Positions 61,801-64,000 of a stretch of DNA of 64,000 bases are shown one piece after another. The first letter of the stretch is position 1. Every line of letters starts with the position of its first letter. The position numbers and the translations under genes are program-made. A model generated the notes under the pieces. The model was not told where the DNA came from and did no database searches. It worked only from the letters and a program-made list of their open reading frames with translations. Source of the stretch: Balanoglossus misakiensis (taxonomy: Eukaryota; Animalia; Hemichordata); the NCBI GenBank assembly GCA_040954595.2, contig CM082594.2, forward strand, positions 5,565,319-5,629,318, written 5' to 3'.

Positions 61801-64000
61801 CTCAAGTACATTGTAAACCCCAGAAGACGCGAAACTGGTTTATTGACAATTTGCAAGCCAGCAACGAAATATGCACACTTATAAGCTGTAAACTTGTCAC
61901 TCCCACCTGAACCTACTACACACCCATTGAAAAATTTGAGAAATTTGTGTATATCGCACATGGCCTTATCCCAGTGTAAAATTTACCGTAAAATCTATCA
62001 CATCACCATGGCAACATACCAAAAGAAACATACATGTACATATCAAGGTCTGCATGAAAACTCCTGTTTGTTGATTTCAATCAAGTGACCTACTTTTCTC
62101 CATGGCCTAGATTGTCCATCTCAGCATTTCAGCACTTCAAAAACTCTTCCAGTGGAAGAAAACCTTGGATCGCTTTTCCTAAGCCCAGGCATTGAACCAA
62201 GCAACCTCAAATTATACTTCCTTGACTTCTATCCCATGCAGGAATATCCAATCCACGGAAAAGTTTGTCCACAACTGATTTAAATGCTGTCACTCACGGG
62301 GCAGACCATCTATCAACTGATAAATCTGGTGGCTTCGTTTTAATTGGAGGAATCAGGCATATTCAGCAACAAACAAACAATTCCCACTTAAAGGCCAGCG
62401 TTACTGGAAAGATGCAGTCCCATGACATTCACACAATTTTGTCAGTTTCTGTTGGAACTAAAACCATGAGGAAAACCTTCTAAACATAAAAACCCACTCA
62501 TATATTACACATTCTCATAGAAACTATTCAGGGCAACACTGCAAAGACTGCAACATGATCGTTTAATACAGGAATGGAACTAGGATAATTTCATTTCATT
62601 TATTGCAAACCTTTATTCCAAGGCAAGAAAACACCAGTGCTAAACTGAATGTTTCACATCACCTCATAAAAACAGAAGCACTTTTGGAAAACGGTCATAA
62701 AAGCAAAACAATGAAGACAGCTCAACGAAATAAACCGTGTCCCACTTACATACAGCAGGGTCAGTCAGTTATCAGTTTGTCATATCTGAAAGACCTGAAG
62801 TCCGGAGATGACGGTTTTACAAGTCCCCAGGGACTGTTTATGATTACCTCTTCAGAAAATTGATCAGGGAGCTCTAGTACACGTCAATAAAACATTGGCA
62901 ATGACACCTCTTGACATCATCTGTTACCAGGTAATAATATACAGAGAGTGACCCATATAAGGCCACAGATCGATCACAATCAATTACTGAACAACTCATT
63001 AAAATTTTCATTCAACGCAATCCTCCATGAATCATACATCAGAGAAACCATCCATCTCCTGTAATGTCATCTGAATATAATTCTCATTTATCTTCACTTG
63101 TCTGCTGTGAAGCAATTTTCTCTTCAACTGTGATTTTCTTTGTCTCACTCCATTTTTTTCAAAAACATATTTTTATATTTGGAAACAATCACTGATTTTT
63201 GTTACGACTGTTTTTGCATGCTTGGTCATACTTCTAAAAATCTGAATGGTCAAATGTGTGTATGTACAATTGTATGTATATGACCAAATACAGCTGAATA
63301 CCAATTTTCTTATCTGTTGCACTAGACTTGGAAGTTGATAGAGTTGCTGGGCTGCCACAGAGAAATGGCTCTGACCACAACTCCACATTGTTTACAATGT
63401 CATCTATAATTTGTGGGCTTCCTTCCTGTAAAGTTTTTTTATCACACCTGATGTCTAATAGCCGATCTCTGAGATGCCCTTTGACCTTTCCACAATGTGT
63501 AGTCACAGATTTACTGATCATGGTGAGTCTATGACCTTGCAAGATCCGCTCGCACATAACGATGGAAAATCCAAAAGTAATGCAGAAGTGTTAAACCGCT
63601 TTCAATCTTGATCAATCTACTCCTTATAATCATGATTGGTTGCAGCAGTGCCCTGACCATGGGCTGGGGATAATTTCCACAATTAATTACCGGCGGGTTG
63701 CCGTGGCTACCGTCATTAACTGTCAAGTCGCCAGTAACCGTGGGGATTTCTAATGCAATTACGGCCACTTTTGCATTTCTTCATCAGTAAATTACACAGG
63801 AAATTCACCATGATGAATTCTTTTATTTCATCAAATTAAGTTTTTTTTGGGAAAAATAACTGGTGAATTAGAATGGAAATGTGTGCATTCAAACTGATAA
63901 ACTGGGACACAATGTTATCGTACATTTTTCCCAGCAATGTGCTGACATTACAAGTAATAACTGTTACATGTGTTATGACGTGGCTTTTCGTCTTTGAAAA

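Overview
Intron-rich, AT-rich metazoan genomic DNA, probably a marine invertebrate and possibly a deuterostome (inferred, not established). It holds four host genes that can be spliced by hand with consistent phases. These are an RFX5/RFX7-type transcription factor (+, 5' exons not found, containing a U12-type AT-AC intron), GGACT (-) head-to-head with GPATCH4 (+), and an AGAP/centaurin-gamma gene (-, first exon not securely found). An intact 6.8-kb DIRS1-type tyrosine-recombinase retrotransposon (6095-12900) has perfect inverted terminal repeats, an internal complementary region and a readable 4-bp recombination core. The strongest finding is at the DIRS gag stop, CGC-TCC-TGA-CTA. It matches both the antizyme +1 frameshift motif (leading into the AUG-less RT/RNaseH/methyltransferase frame) and a UGA-CUA readthrough motif with a downstream stem-loop (leading in frame into the recombinase ORF). 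This suggests one stop codon acts as a three-way translational switch. Also present are a 29/46-bp satellite with a 180-bp higher-order repeat, several near-perfect palindromes and several MITE families. All coordinates were read by eye and no database searches were run.
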